Positions 1-11,672 of a stretch of 64,000 nucleotides of DNA are shown here, piece by piece. Numbering within the stretch: the stretch's first letter is position 1; each line of letters starts with the position of its first letter. Under the pieces are notes generated by a model that was not told where the DNA came from, did not search any database, and saw only the letters and a program-made list of their open reading frames with translations. The stretch is from Utricularia gibba (lineage: Eukaryota > Plantae > Magnoliophyta): assembly GCA_002189035.1 (NCBI GenBank), contig NEEC01000015.1, positions 2,418,001 through 2,482,000 on the forward strand, in the 5' to 3' direction. The position numbers were made by a program, and so were the translations under genes.

Positions 1-362
1 AGCTGGTATAAATCATATATATATATATGGAGAATGCCATGCAGTTCATCCTCTTATCCAAAAGATGTACAGAAAGAGGAGATGGCGGCTAGCTTCTTAT
101 GCCACACCACTTTTCACTAGAGTTCACTGGGCAGCCCTGACTCATGTGGTAGGACAGATAAAGAATTTAAGATGATGAACCTGGCTGTGGCTGTAGACAA
201 TTGGAAGGAGGGGGGGAAGGAAGGTTTGATCACTTCTCCTAGTGTGTGTCACCGACACAGAATATAGGCTTCTCAGGCGGCTGCTCCCCATGAGATCGAT
301 CTTGCACCAGGCCTGAGGAGCTTGTAATGGAATGTATAAACTCAAGTGAAATTTTCCAATTG

Positions 363-3300
363 TTACCCAGAGTCTGAATCGATAGAGAGATATAACCTCG
401 GTCTAACAGAGCGTCGTTGTCGAGGGAACAAAAAAGGGCTCTCAGATCTTTCTTTCCGGCCGTCAACAAGCCCTGGCAGACCACTTGCTGCATCGCTTCC
501 AAACAATAATGATCCTGAAAAGCGTATGAGTGGTTATGCAAACATTGTCATCACGATACATGCTCCCTCCATCGCAAGGACACTTCATTGATGTTACTAA
601 CCCTAAGCGATGACTAAAAATACGGAAAAATAACAACACAAGGAGAAAAGGGATGAAGGAAACAGTATACCACTATCAGAGACAGGGTCTAAGGGAGCAG
701 TTCCAGATTGTTGCTGTGGTGCAAAAACAGACGTACCCCTGGCCGCATATTCATTTTGACTGACCCCGGCACCATCCCCAAGTCTCAGAGAAATCCAGTC
801 CTCATTCCCGATACCATTTGGAACATCTGAATGGTTTCTTAGGTCAGGGTGTGAAGTCAATGCATCTGATGGTCTTGTGGGAAGGAATATTTGCAGTGAA
901 GGGTCATCGTTGTGATAAGCCAAAGGATTATCGACCAAGCTGTCATCTACATCAGCTTTATAAGCTGAATCAGGGATACGTGCTGATCCCATCTCCGGTT
1001 CCTGAGTCAAGGCAAACCCATTGGCTGATGGACCGCAGTGAAGATTACTATGCTGCATTTCCAGTAGAGTGTCCGGAACATCTAATTCAGAACCAAACAA
1101 TTGAAGGCCTGGACCTCCCTGACTGGTAGAGGGCATTGACCACACATTAATTGAAAAGTCTTCATCATGTGCACCATAAAGATCAAAACCTCTATCTGTA
1201 GCAGTCTCACTATAAAAAGAATCAGGAATTCCATGGTTTTGAGCTTCTGAGAATGGTAATCCCCCTTTATCTGATCTCGTCTCTGAAACTGTGATCATGT
1301 GACCAGCCCCAGTGGACTGCAGTGGATCCATATCATCCTCAGAATCACTGAGGACAATTATGTCAGCGCCCATGTTCCCACCTGCAGCAGGCATTAACCT
1401 ATTGCCAAATCTCAGTGCCGAGGGATCAATAGATTCATATTCAGGATCCTGGTTAACACTAACATCTTCATAGTCTCTGCCATTAAGAGCAGCACTGCTA
1501 CTCATGGGGATAATATTTTGTATATTGCATTCAAAGTTGTCGTCGTAGGCATTTGAAATACTCTGCATAGCATCACCGAACTCCAAGAAACCATTCTGAT
1601 TATTTTTGAAATCCACTCGAAGGGCAGGGTAATCATCAGGAACAACTTCCTCCTTGATTGGTCTATGTTCCAGTTGTGAACTTGTACTTACAGCTGTTAT
1701 TGGAACAATCCTACCATCTGGAAAGTGCCAGAGGCCCAGCTCTCCAAGACTCTTGCGATCACTGCCCTCAGCCTTAGCCCGCCAGGATCCATCGGGCTTG
1801 ACCTCAATCTCTGCGATATCTTCAGCACAAGATCGCATCTTGATAGAAAGCACAAGAATCATTACATTCAAGGGACAAGCAGACCCCCAAAAAAACCTGA
1901 ATAAAAGAGAAAAGTACCTTTGATGTGATCCTGTTGAAATATGGATCTATTATAATTTTTTCCAGGCTATAATTCTTCAGACAAATCGGGCACTGCCACT
2001 GCATTCACAACGTTCGACCATTTAAGAACCAATTCAGGATTAGCATAGCGGAGTTTCATCAGCATGCAACTTATCTCATTTAGCAAAAAAATAGATATAT
2101 GACCCACTAGGTTAGCCAGTCACTGAAGAATAATGGACCAAACTGCAGGACCTTTCTACCACATAAATATGCAGCAGTTACATTATATTATTCAGTTACT
2201 GTCAACGAGAGGATAATCATTTTGACCCACCTTCCTAGAGCGCTGGCTCATCTCAACAAACACTTCAAGATCAAAGCATCCCATGTGTGCGCATCCCTTG
2301 AATCTACCAGCAACTTTCATTCTTAAGCCGCTCATCTGAAGGCATGTGTAGCAGGTTATTCATGCAAAGAAACCAAAATAATATATTACATGAAGTGAAA
2401 TAACAGTCATGCAACATGCTAAAAAAATTAAACTAAAGCAAATGCTTTTTGTGTTTGAGAATTCTGTTTATGCTTGCAGCGGGAAGCATGCCATAAATTA
2501 CTGTTTAGGAATGTTGTTTTGAGGAAACTATATCATCAATCTAATAATATGAAAATGTAAAAGCTTGAACTTGAAGGAAAAGGCCAGAAACACACCAGGA
2601 ATGTTTATTTAACAATATGACTCATTAAGAGTTGACGATGATTTTGAATGAAGTTCAAACTGGTTACTGCTTTTTCGCCACATCAGTCAGACGATGATTT
2701 TGAATGAACTATGCTAAAATTTATCCAATGCAAAAACATCCAGAAAAGCACAAAAAAAAAACTCCACCTTTGATCGGACTGAAGACAGAACAATGGCAAA
2801 GTAATAAAAGTCAACATGAAACTCAAACAATCGACATGTAATTAAAAAATGTGTGCCCAGTTCACCAACCAAAAGCAAAAAAAAAAGATGTCAAATTAGT
2901 ACAAAGAGTATGCATACTGAGCTTGAAACACAACTGTCAACTTAAAATTACTCACAGGGCACCGAAGATTGATAGGGACGCACTCAGCAATAACTTCAAT
3001 ATCACTGTCACTATCAGCATTGTCTGTGGCAGGCCCACCACCAACACATAATCGAACACGAGAAAGTGCATCTTCAAAGCTCTCACCCTCATCCTCTTTG
3101 GGAATCATGTTCAGAATCTGGAGGACAGATTAAAACAAAGACAATTATATTCTGATCATTCAAAATTTTAAAACAAGTTTATTAGAAGATATGGCAGCAG
3201 TTGCCTGGGTTAGAGTGCGTCTCTTGACAATTCTGATTCCTAGGCAGAATGTTCGTGCATCACATCCACCTAAGAAGATCTTGTTGATTCCATCTCTGGT

Positions 3301-6300
3301 ACACTGGGTAATCTGACCATCAGAATGCACATCAGATCACATCAACAGCAATTACAAAAAAAAAAAAAAATCCTCTTTTCTTTCAGTAAAAAAAAAATTT
3401 AAAAAAAATGAAGCCTATCCAATAGAATACAAAATTAATATGAATCACTCAAGCATTGCATAGACTAGGTAAAGCACCATATAAAGTGTAACAAGACGCA
3501 CAACTTGAGGAAATAAAAGTTCTAACTGAAAAGAACTGTTCTGGAACAAGAATATCCACATCTCGTATATAGGTTACAAAATATACTTAAAAACTGAAAA
3601 GGCCAGAATAAGGAAACTCACAATTGGCCCATCATCTCGACCATTTGCCCCAAGCAATTGCGATCCTGGTCTATTAATTGCCCTGACGGGTAAACCTGTT
3701 AAAAGAGCAGCAATGAATGCTTAAACTGAATCATAAATGTGAATCCATAATGTGAATAAACCCAAACTTGGGAAGACATTGGGGCATGAACACACAACTA
3801 AATCTGATTATATGAGTTACAACTTTTTAGTTTTACAGAAGGATACTGTTCTGAAGATATCTAATAAAATACAATGGCATTGAGCTTCGCCTTCATTAAA
3901 AATAGAATATGCTTTCAGGAGAACAGTACCATTAACCTGTAGATCTGCATACTGTGGCCAGTGCATCCTAAATGTCACCTTGTCGTTAAGAAGCATGCAC
4001 CAGGCCTGTTGATCGCAGCATGGCCATATGCGTCAAGATAATCTTAATACCAGCACACCATTGTCACGATCCAATCACACTGTTCACTGACCTGAACATC
4101 ATATTCTTGCTTTGTCACCAAGTCTCTTTGGGCTCTTGTCAACTGAAATGTTTTCTCAACACTCTGACTAGGATTTGAGCTGGAAAATGAGCAATTAATT
4201 CAATATGAATGACAAAGAAGCTCCAGTAGTGATGACATAAAAAAATCAGATATCATCGCATTCAAAATGAAATGCTTTTTGAAAGCTTTTTCAATGCAGG
4301 ATCAAAAATTAAGTGCGTGAAGTAAAAAACATGCACAGAAGCTCGGACACTTACCCATCTGCAGGAATACTCGTGACGCTCAATTTTACGGGCAAGAGAG
4401 GGTGCGAGATTGTCATCCAAAAGCTGAGAAAAGACAAAAAAAAAAATCATCCTTGATTCAAAAGGTTTGATAAAACATACGGGGTTTTTCTCCCCAGACT
4501 ATGATGCATATAACAGAATTCAGATAAAACATATATCAATAACCAATATACTTACGGATCAGCTCGTGTGAGTCTACATATTTCACAGTAAAAAACATCG
4601 GGTATATTGGGCAGGACATTCTCCATAGGCCTCTCAGGAATCAGCACACATGCTATATGTTGCCAAACATTACAAGAAGGATCTTCACACTGCACAACAT
4701 GCAAATGTTTTAACATGCAAATGATGCAAGTAACAGAGGAAGAATATGAAACAGCAATCACACAAAAAGAATGTAAGTCCACTGGCATACAAGCTGTAAA
4801 TCAGAGTGCAACTTACTTTGATCATTGAATCAGTTTGCAGTGTACTTCCACACAAACAACGTATTTTTTCCAAGAGAACAGAATTCTCCATTTCCACTTC
4901 ATGTTTCGTACTTGTACATTCAGACACAATTTCCAACTTCGATACAAATTCAGCTGAACCATGCCCCTGTATTTTCCTGAAAGTAGAAATACAAGGATCC
5001 ATAAAAACGAGAAAACCATGGCATCGATCATAAGAATAATCTTCCAAAATCGTTTGGAAAGAGGATGGTTCTATTTTTCCATATACGACTTCTTTCCCCA
5101 GAAATTTCTGTGCATTCTACTTGCTTAAGAAATATACATTTTTTAGCCAAAAAAACTAAGCATTTCCCATTAGAGCACGTATATGAAAAAAATTGTAGCC
5201 TTCATACATGAACTATTCAATGATAACTAAAATGTACAATGAAAAATAAGCAGGCTGTCAATTGATACCAGTATGAGAAAATCTACCATACAGAACTACA
5301 CCTGAAAGTATCTTCAATTAACTTCGTCACTTTCTCCTTTGAGACAGTGTTCTTTTTGGCCCAGATCCCTGAGACCGTGAAGTGGCAACACAAATCAGCT
5401 GAATTTAAACAAATCCATCTCCCACAAAGTGAGTGGCATAGAATGAGCCAAAGCACTCAAACAAAGCAATTGTGAAAGTCTAAGGTTAGATCACGACTAG
5501 CTGCTCAAATGATCAAGTTACGTCCTACTAGAAGCTATAAGAAGTACAAATTCCGAGGTCAACATCAGAGATGCCTGCTAAAAATCGCAATGTTCAGTTA
5601 ATCAATTGATAGATATACTAAATCACAAATAGGTTGACCCGATCAAAGAAGATTAATGGAGCGAGCAACAAGGTTCACTACATAACAAAAAGTAAACATA
5701 AAACAAGTTATCCAGAAAAATAAAAACCCGAAACACTGTTTGTTCTCCAACGCTTATGCAAGTTTAACAAATGCTAACGTACAAGGAGAAAACCAATAGA
5801 AAGGTTGTATCTCACGAAGAAATGAAACACCGAACTTTACCTTGATCATCAGAAAGGATGGCCAATATACGATCAACAAGGTCCTGAAAAAACAAATGAT
5901 GTCAGCTGGGAACCATAAAATTGCTATTTCCCTACGATCGATGCAAATATTACATGCCTGAACCTAAATAGGAACGAAGCAACAAAGCATTTACCAGGCT
6001 TCCAGATAACATGAAGGTACTGTAAAGCATTAAATACATAGATTACAGTTGATTGTGGATAACAAAATTGGAGAAAAGCATAACAAAGAGTTCATCACGG
6101 CCGGGGAAACAAAACTCGAGATGACAAAAGTTCATCAGCACAAGTATGTAACCTGCTTCTTTCCCTGTTTTGAAAGCCCGAGCTGGCCAAGGATATCCTT
6201 CAGATCCTTTATTCGGAAATATGTCATTTTATCCTGAAAAGCAGAAATAAAAGATGACCTTTGGATGGTTAAATAAATTTTGAGAAGCATTGTGTGCTTC

Positions 6301-6414
6301 GATAAAAATACCATAATGAATATCAGGACAAACTTGGGAACTCCTAAATCCAAAACCAAGGTACTGAAGCAATAAGCAGAAGTACTTCACCTTACAACCA
6401 GCCACCAGGTCCAT
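363..6414 (-). CDS. SIZ1: E3 SUMO-protein ligase SIZ1 (multi-exon)
   Basis: Spliced translation gives start MDLVAGCK (ATG 6414, first exon 6391-6414). It continues with the SAP domain [39 protein letters not shown]...FYCEICRL and [34 protein letters not shown]...[11 protein letters not shown] large exon lies at about 670-1841, and the last exon (363-514) ends [21 protein letters not shown]. Confidence 0.96.
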
Positions 6415-7211
6415 CAATCGAGTTGGAATCGGAACCCAACAGAAAGAAAGAACGCAATAGTTGGCTACAGCAGTGATGATCGCACAACTTTAGAACAAAC
6501 GATTTCACCGTGAAATCTGAAACCGACAAGAGAATCGACGAAAAAAAAATTACCCATCACAGCCACCACATTTAACAGGAAGCAAAGCCAAGCAAGAACC
6601 CATCATCATAATGCAAACACGAAAGGGATTTCAGATAAAGCTTACGTCTACGTAAGACCCAGAGCCAGCAGCGATTGGAGAGACTGAAATAAACAGAAGC
6701 AGGGATTTTTGGGAGTGAAGACCAAATCAGCAACTCCAATAGGTACGAGCAAAGGTGTCTTTGATTGACCCAAGAAGCAGTCGGAAAAGCGAAACCAGAA
6801 ACCACCACATTTCCGGACGTGTTGCAGGTTTCTCCATTCCGGTTAATTTCTGCAACTGCGTCCGGGTTAAGATACCCTACTTGAGCCGGGCGGCTAGTTT
6901 ACCCTCTTTTTTACTGTTGTAAATACCACAGTTACCATGGGCCCTGGCTAGTTTACCGACTTTCACCTGAGATGGGTTAGTTACTCCAGGCCTTGTTTTG
7001 GATTTTGGGCCAGAATTGTCAAATTCAAATATTTTTTTCTTAAAAAAATGTGGATTACATAATTAGGGTTTATTCACATATTCTCAATATTATTCTACTA
7101 AAAATTTATCCGAGGAAAAAGGAATGTAGCCAGAGGGCTACAGATCTTCACGATTTCTGCAGTTTTCTTTTTTCTGTAGTCAGAGGGATGATGAGGAGAG
7201 AGTCTGGTTTC

Positions 7212-8460
7212 TTGCAGACAGTTTCCGAGGAAGCGAATTCCCTGTTGTTCAAGCACAGCATTATATTGCAAGTGGATGTTTTAGAGTAGAGAAGAGGACA
7301 GTCTCATGTGATTATCTGAAGTGCAAGAAGCAATACCGGCCTCGTCCACCTTTCAGTGCTACTCTTTTTAGGTTGTCTTTTCCTTGACTGTCTCCGTTGC
7401 AGAGTTCCCTGCGAGTTGGAGTCAGTGCCATGGTGAAAAAGGGCACGCTAATGTTGTATGGCTGCTTTAGATCATGGGGTGTTTTCCATTATGTAACCTG
7501 CTTGAGGGAGGGATGTGGGTTGATTTGCATAGATCAATCCACATAACATTTGCTTGGTTGAGGTAGCAGTAGGGCGGCTTACATGATTGATTCTAGAGTA
7601 GCAGAATGGTATTAGAAAATTATGCAAAGCCTTGAATGTTGTTGACAGAGCGGAGGGAACATGATCTACAGTAAACTAAAAAATCAGATATGCAGCAATA
7701 AGCTAGAAAATGATATGCTGGGCAAAACACAGCGTATTTTACCATATTTCGATGTTCACAAGGCGCAGAGCAGAACATTTTTTTGTGTTGGTTGTCTAAT
7801 GACGATGAGTCCATGCAACAACCAGGGACTTGATCTGCATCTGCAGCAGCTCAGCTAAGAAAGTATCGTTTTATCAAAAAAAATAAAGCGAGATATCAAA
7901 CCTGCAATCTGAAAGAGCCCTTCTCGTATCTCCAGACACTGCAGCCATTTTCTGCAAGCAGTGAATCATGTTAATAAGAATATCTGCGACACTGGCAATT
8001 AAGAACACAAGAACAGTTTTTGTTCTTAGTTATCATCACCTGTGCACAGAGTTCCATTGATTGAGGCTGGAAGACTCAAATGGAAGTGTCTGGGAAAATT
8101 CATCTTAGATGATAGGATTGATTACTGTGCTGTTGCACAGTATACATACGTTGAAGAAGAATACCACCCTGAGCCTCTCTTGAAAAAAAGCACTTGCAAG
8201 GATTACCTCACTTGCCCATTTGATAAGAGCGTTTTCAAATTATCAACCGATGAAGATTTTCCAGGTTGCAGGGTTCCACAAACACACTTTACTCCCAGCT
8301 TTCTGCTGCTCCGCCAATTTCGTGCAAAATTCCAGAATGCAGTTCTGTTCATCCTAGCGACAAGCTATAGCTTGTTGAGGAGTGGATACATGCTGGGCCT
8401 CCTTTACCGCATCAAGTGTGCTGCATCTATTCCAAGTTCAACGCAAGATAAAGCAATGCT
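7212..8460 (-). pseudogene. CDC6: Unprocessed (intron-retaining) CDC6 pseudogene, C-terminal half recognisable
   Basis: Collinear exon relics: FFQERLR (ends 8168); TLPF/VFQPQSMELCAQ (8089-8040); KMAAVSGDTRRALSDCR (7951-7902); FTVDHVPSALSTTFKA (7675-7628); SQGTLQRRQSRK/DNLKRVALK/VDEAGIA (about 7410-7317); GIRFLGNCLQ (7241-7212). These match plant CDC6 as I recall it (ILQERL..LPF.VFQPQALELCARKVAAASGDMRKAL; DHMA.ALSKTFKS; DKLRRVTLKVDEADITFALQGIRFFRNCL). There are multiple frameshifts, one donor changed GT>AT, and the stop codon is lost. Confidence 0.8.
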
Positions 8461-9111
8461 AGAGAATGAAAAACAGATATAAGCAAGGGAAAATGTCAAT
8501 AGATCCCAACTCGGCTTCTCACTGGAACAACTACCTAATCTACATTCTTCTGATGATCCTAGAAAACTCTCCGATGATTCCCCATTCACTAACCACCCGA
8601 ACCGCAATTCAAAATGCAGAAACGCGGACGCATATGCAGACCAAAATTAATCCAAAATCGTCGGCAAAATTCCATTAACAATCAATCAAAGAGATAATAA
8701 ATCGGCACCATTCAATATCACCATCATCCACCAGATTTACACCCAAACATAAGAACACAACTTTCACCACAACGGTACTTGAAAACTTGATGATCAGCGC
8801 ATACCGAATGCGATTTACGCATTCGAGGTAACCACTAACTCAGCTCTCACATAACAAAGCCTCTACTCCATCTCTGCTTCGAGGTAGCCACCACTCCAGG
8901 TTTGCATGGATCGCAGCTGCCGCAGAACAGCTCCTGATCATACATCAAAATGCAAAAATCACCCTCAGATATCGGTGGAAAGTTCATACATTTTTGTACC
9001 AAGATCCGGGGCACGGACGGTTCTTATAAGAATGCGCGGTAGCCTAGTTAAAAAAAATAAATAAATATTGAAATTTGAACAATTTATTTACAGATTTCAA
9101 TTCGGTATGAA

Positions 9112-9180
9112 ATGGGCCGTTTATCGGTTGGACCCATCAATCTCTCCTTCCCTCTAAGCCCGATAGGCCCAATACAACCC
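9112..9180. promoter_or_regulatory. Site II (TGGGCY/RGCCCA)-like cluster upstream of the CDC6 pseudogene
   Basis: ATGGGCCG and AGGCCCAAT, plus related GGACCCAT and AAGCCCG, lie within 70 nt, just upstream of a putative minus-strand leader at about 9040. Confidence 0.45.
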
Positions 9181-9951
9181 ATTAAATTGGCTCAATTCAG
9201 AGAGTAAGTGATGACTGATGAGGCTTTCATTTATTAGGTTTTGATATAATCGAATTAAATATAAAAATCCTGTATATATACAGAATCTCTGTGGCCATTT
9301 TCTATTTTTTTGTCATTAATTATAAACAACTTCTATTTCAAAAAAAATAAAACTTTAGAAACGATTTATTTTTTTTTTAAAGTAGAATCAAATCAAGCCA
9401 TAATTTTTAAAAAAGGAGCATGATATTACTTTTTATTACAAGTGGTTTGAATTTGATGAGTAGTATCTGTGGCGCTCTTATGGTGGTAGCATAAAGCTAC
9501 ACCAGGCCCAACCACATGAGCTCGCTTTTTGCGCATGGCTGCCGTCTCGACCAACGCCCTCACTTTCCACTGTGTGAAATATGTACGAAATTCATAGTTT
9601 TTCAAGCTACCCACCGAGCACCATACAATAACCAAGCATTTTATCATAATGTGATATGCAGACATTGATCTGGATGAACCGGATTCCTGGAAGATGATCT
9701 CCGGCAGTGCGTGCCCAGGTGCCGAACCGGTTGGAAAATTTATTACACAACACAGAGATTGTGCAAGTCTGAACAGGTGTTATTAGTTACTGTGTGTAAG
9801 AATTCACAGAAAGTTTGTTTGCTGGTTCAAATGGGCAAAAGAGGGAACAACTGGTGCAGAAAGGGTAAACGGGAGCCATATCGAGTAGTTTTTGCCGTCA
9901 AACGAAGACAAGAAGAAGAAAACAAAAACCCTAATTTTGTTCCTTCTTCCA

Positions 9952-10634
9952 TCACCTCTGTAGGTTGGGTGCTTCAAAGGGAGTCCCGGCTTCTTGATTC
10001 CCCGGCATTCCACCGTAAAACAAACTCGAGCAATTCATGTTCATCCCTAGAACGACATCGCCTATGGGCAAATTGGGATCCGCCCAGATCCCTAAATCAC
10101 ACAAACTCGGCACACCCCAGATCCCCATATCAAACTCACTCTGCTTCTGAAACGCGGAAACCGCAAGGGTGGGATCGTATGGAACAGGAGGGAAGGATTG
10201 GATCGTATGGGTTGTCGCCGGTGCCGTCGCCGCTGTAACCTGATGATCTTGACTCCTTTTCGAGGAAGAAAAGGAGGAGGCCCTCTTGTTTTTCCGGTAT
10301 CCCCCACCGACGGGCACATTCCGGAGGGTCCCCCCTTTGGTCCAGTACCTTCTGCAGGACTTGCAGAAGTAGCGCGGCTGCGAGAGGCTGTAGTTATTGT
10401 AATAACAGAATTTGGTGTTGATGGAATCGCACCGCGGGCACTTGAGCGCTTGCTGATCCGCCGGCCTCGGCTTCTTCTCCTGGTGGGGTTTCGCCGAAAC
10501 CAGTATGCTTTCTAGAGTCTCCTGCAGACAAATCGGATATTTTTTAAAACTCTTGCAAGAACGACGGCGTAGCAGAGAGCACCCCAACCCCACCCCCTCC
10601 CTACCTGGTGATGAAGGGAAGCTGAAGAAGCCAT
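9952..10634 (-). CDS. DOF zinc-finger transcription factor (DOF2.1/DOF5.3-TMO6-like), 2 exons, about 199 aa
   Basis: Exon 1 is 10634-10605 ([10 protein letters not shown]), followed by a GT-AG intron at 10604-10522 and exon 2 at 10521-9952. It carries the DOF domain [47 protein letters not shown]. Confidence 0.93.
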
Positions 10635-11650
10635 TCCCTTTGGCTCTTCTCAGATTTGGGGGATCGACACAGTGGGATGGGAAGACGGAAGCAGTGAGAA
10701 GAAGAAGGCATGAAAAGGAAGGTGGGCAATTTGAGCTTCCTTTCATTTATATCACAAGAATAAACCAATCATGTGTGTGATAATGCTTTGAAATATTTCA
10801 ATCATATTTTATTTAAAAATTAAAATAATACATATTTTTTATGACAATGGAAACGGCTGATTAGATTACTCATTAGACTACACGTATCTAATCGTGCATG
10901 TCTAATTGGTTTCAATCTAGGGGGACCCACGCGTGCTGTGCCAACTGTCATCCGGGCCCCACACCCCACTAGCTCTTTTCTTGAACCGGAGCGGGTCGTC
11001 CCTCAAGGGCTCACCCGATCAACCCTCCTGTGACGTGATGATAAAAGAGTTGTTAGGCGGTTACTGATGGATGGGTGGTATTATATCATCATCTCATGCA
11101 ATGTTGGTTACAAGGAGCCAGACACGTGACATGTGCATCCCATTGGGTCGCCATGTCACACGACATTCTGTACGTGGTATCAAGGATGATGACGGATTTT
11201 GGGGTATTAATGAGTTGGGTTAAGTTAATTAATGACGTTTTGAGAGGTAGGAAGAGAGGGAGGGAGGGAGGGAAGTTGGGACTTGGGGTGGGCCCCAATT
11301 CGGGACATAATGATAGCGGGTCAAATCATTTGACCATTTACGAATTTAGTTTAAATGGATGGATGGAATGGGGAGGAGAGAAAAGCAATAAAGCAGCAAA
11401 GGGCCGGAATTGGAATCTCTCTGCCATGCGAATCCATCACTCCCATGGAATTATTTCTATAATTTCCCAGGGCAAAGAAAATAGATAATATTGGTGGTGG
11501 TGTTGGACAAGGGTGGGCCCACGGGGACAAATGGTCGGCGTTGGGAGGCCCACCATGTTATGTCGTAGTCTCCCAGAATGGAAGAAAGAATAATTGCCAC
11601 TTATTTTCTAAAATGTCGTGCTGGGTTTTCAGGATTTTATATCGTCCTAT

Positions 11651-11672
11651 CACACACACACACACACACACA
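11651..11672. repeat. (CA)11 microsatellite
   Basis: Perfect CA dinucleotide run read directly from the sequence. Confidence 0.95.

Noticed and set aside
7902-7951. ORC1 assignment for KMAAVSGDTRRALSDCR
   Set aside because: This motif alone resembles ORC1, but the flanking relics (FQPQSMELCAQ, DHVPSALSTTFK, VDEAGIA, GIRFLGNCLQ) match CDC6 and not ORC1.
8042-8482. 146-aa plus-strand ORF
   Set aside because: It has a non-ATG start, no recognisable motif, and lies antisense to the CDC6 relic exons and introns.
10297-10299. DOF GGGYRK instead of the common GGGCRK
   Set aside because: This position lies outside the four zinc-binding cysteines and varies among DOF proteins.
10635-10746. 264-aa DOF ORF N-terminal extension
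   Set aside because: It reads through the 83-nt intron and the 5'UTR. The spliced [10 protein letters not shown] start has canonical splice sites and fits the subfamily.
10999-11011. 13-nt match to the miR477 core (TCCCTCAAGGGCT)
   Set aside because: The flanks mismatch and only a tiny local hairpin forms, with no precursor-length fold-back.
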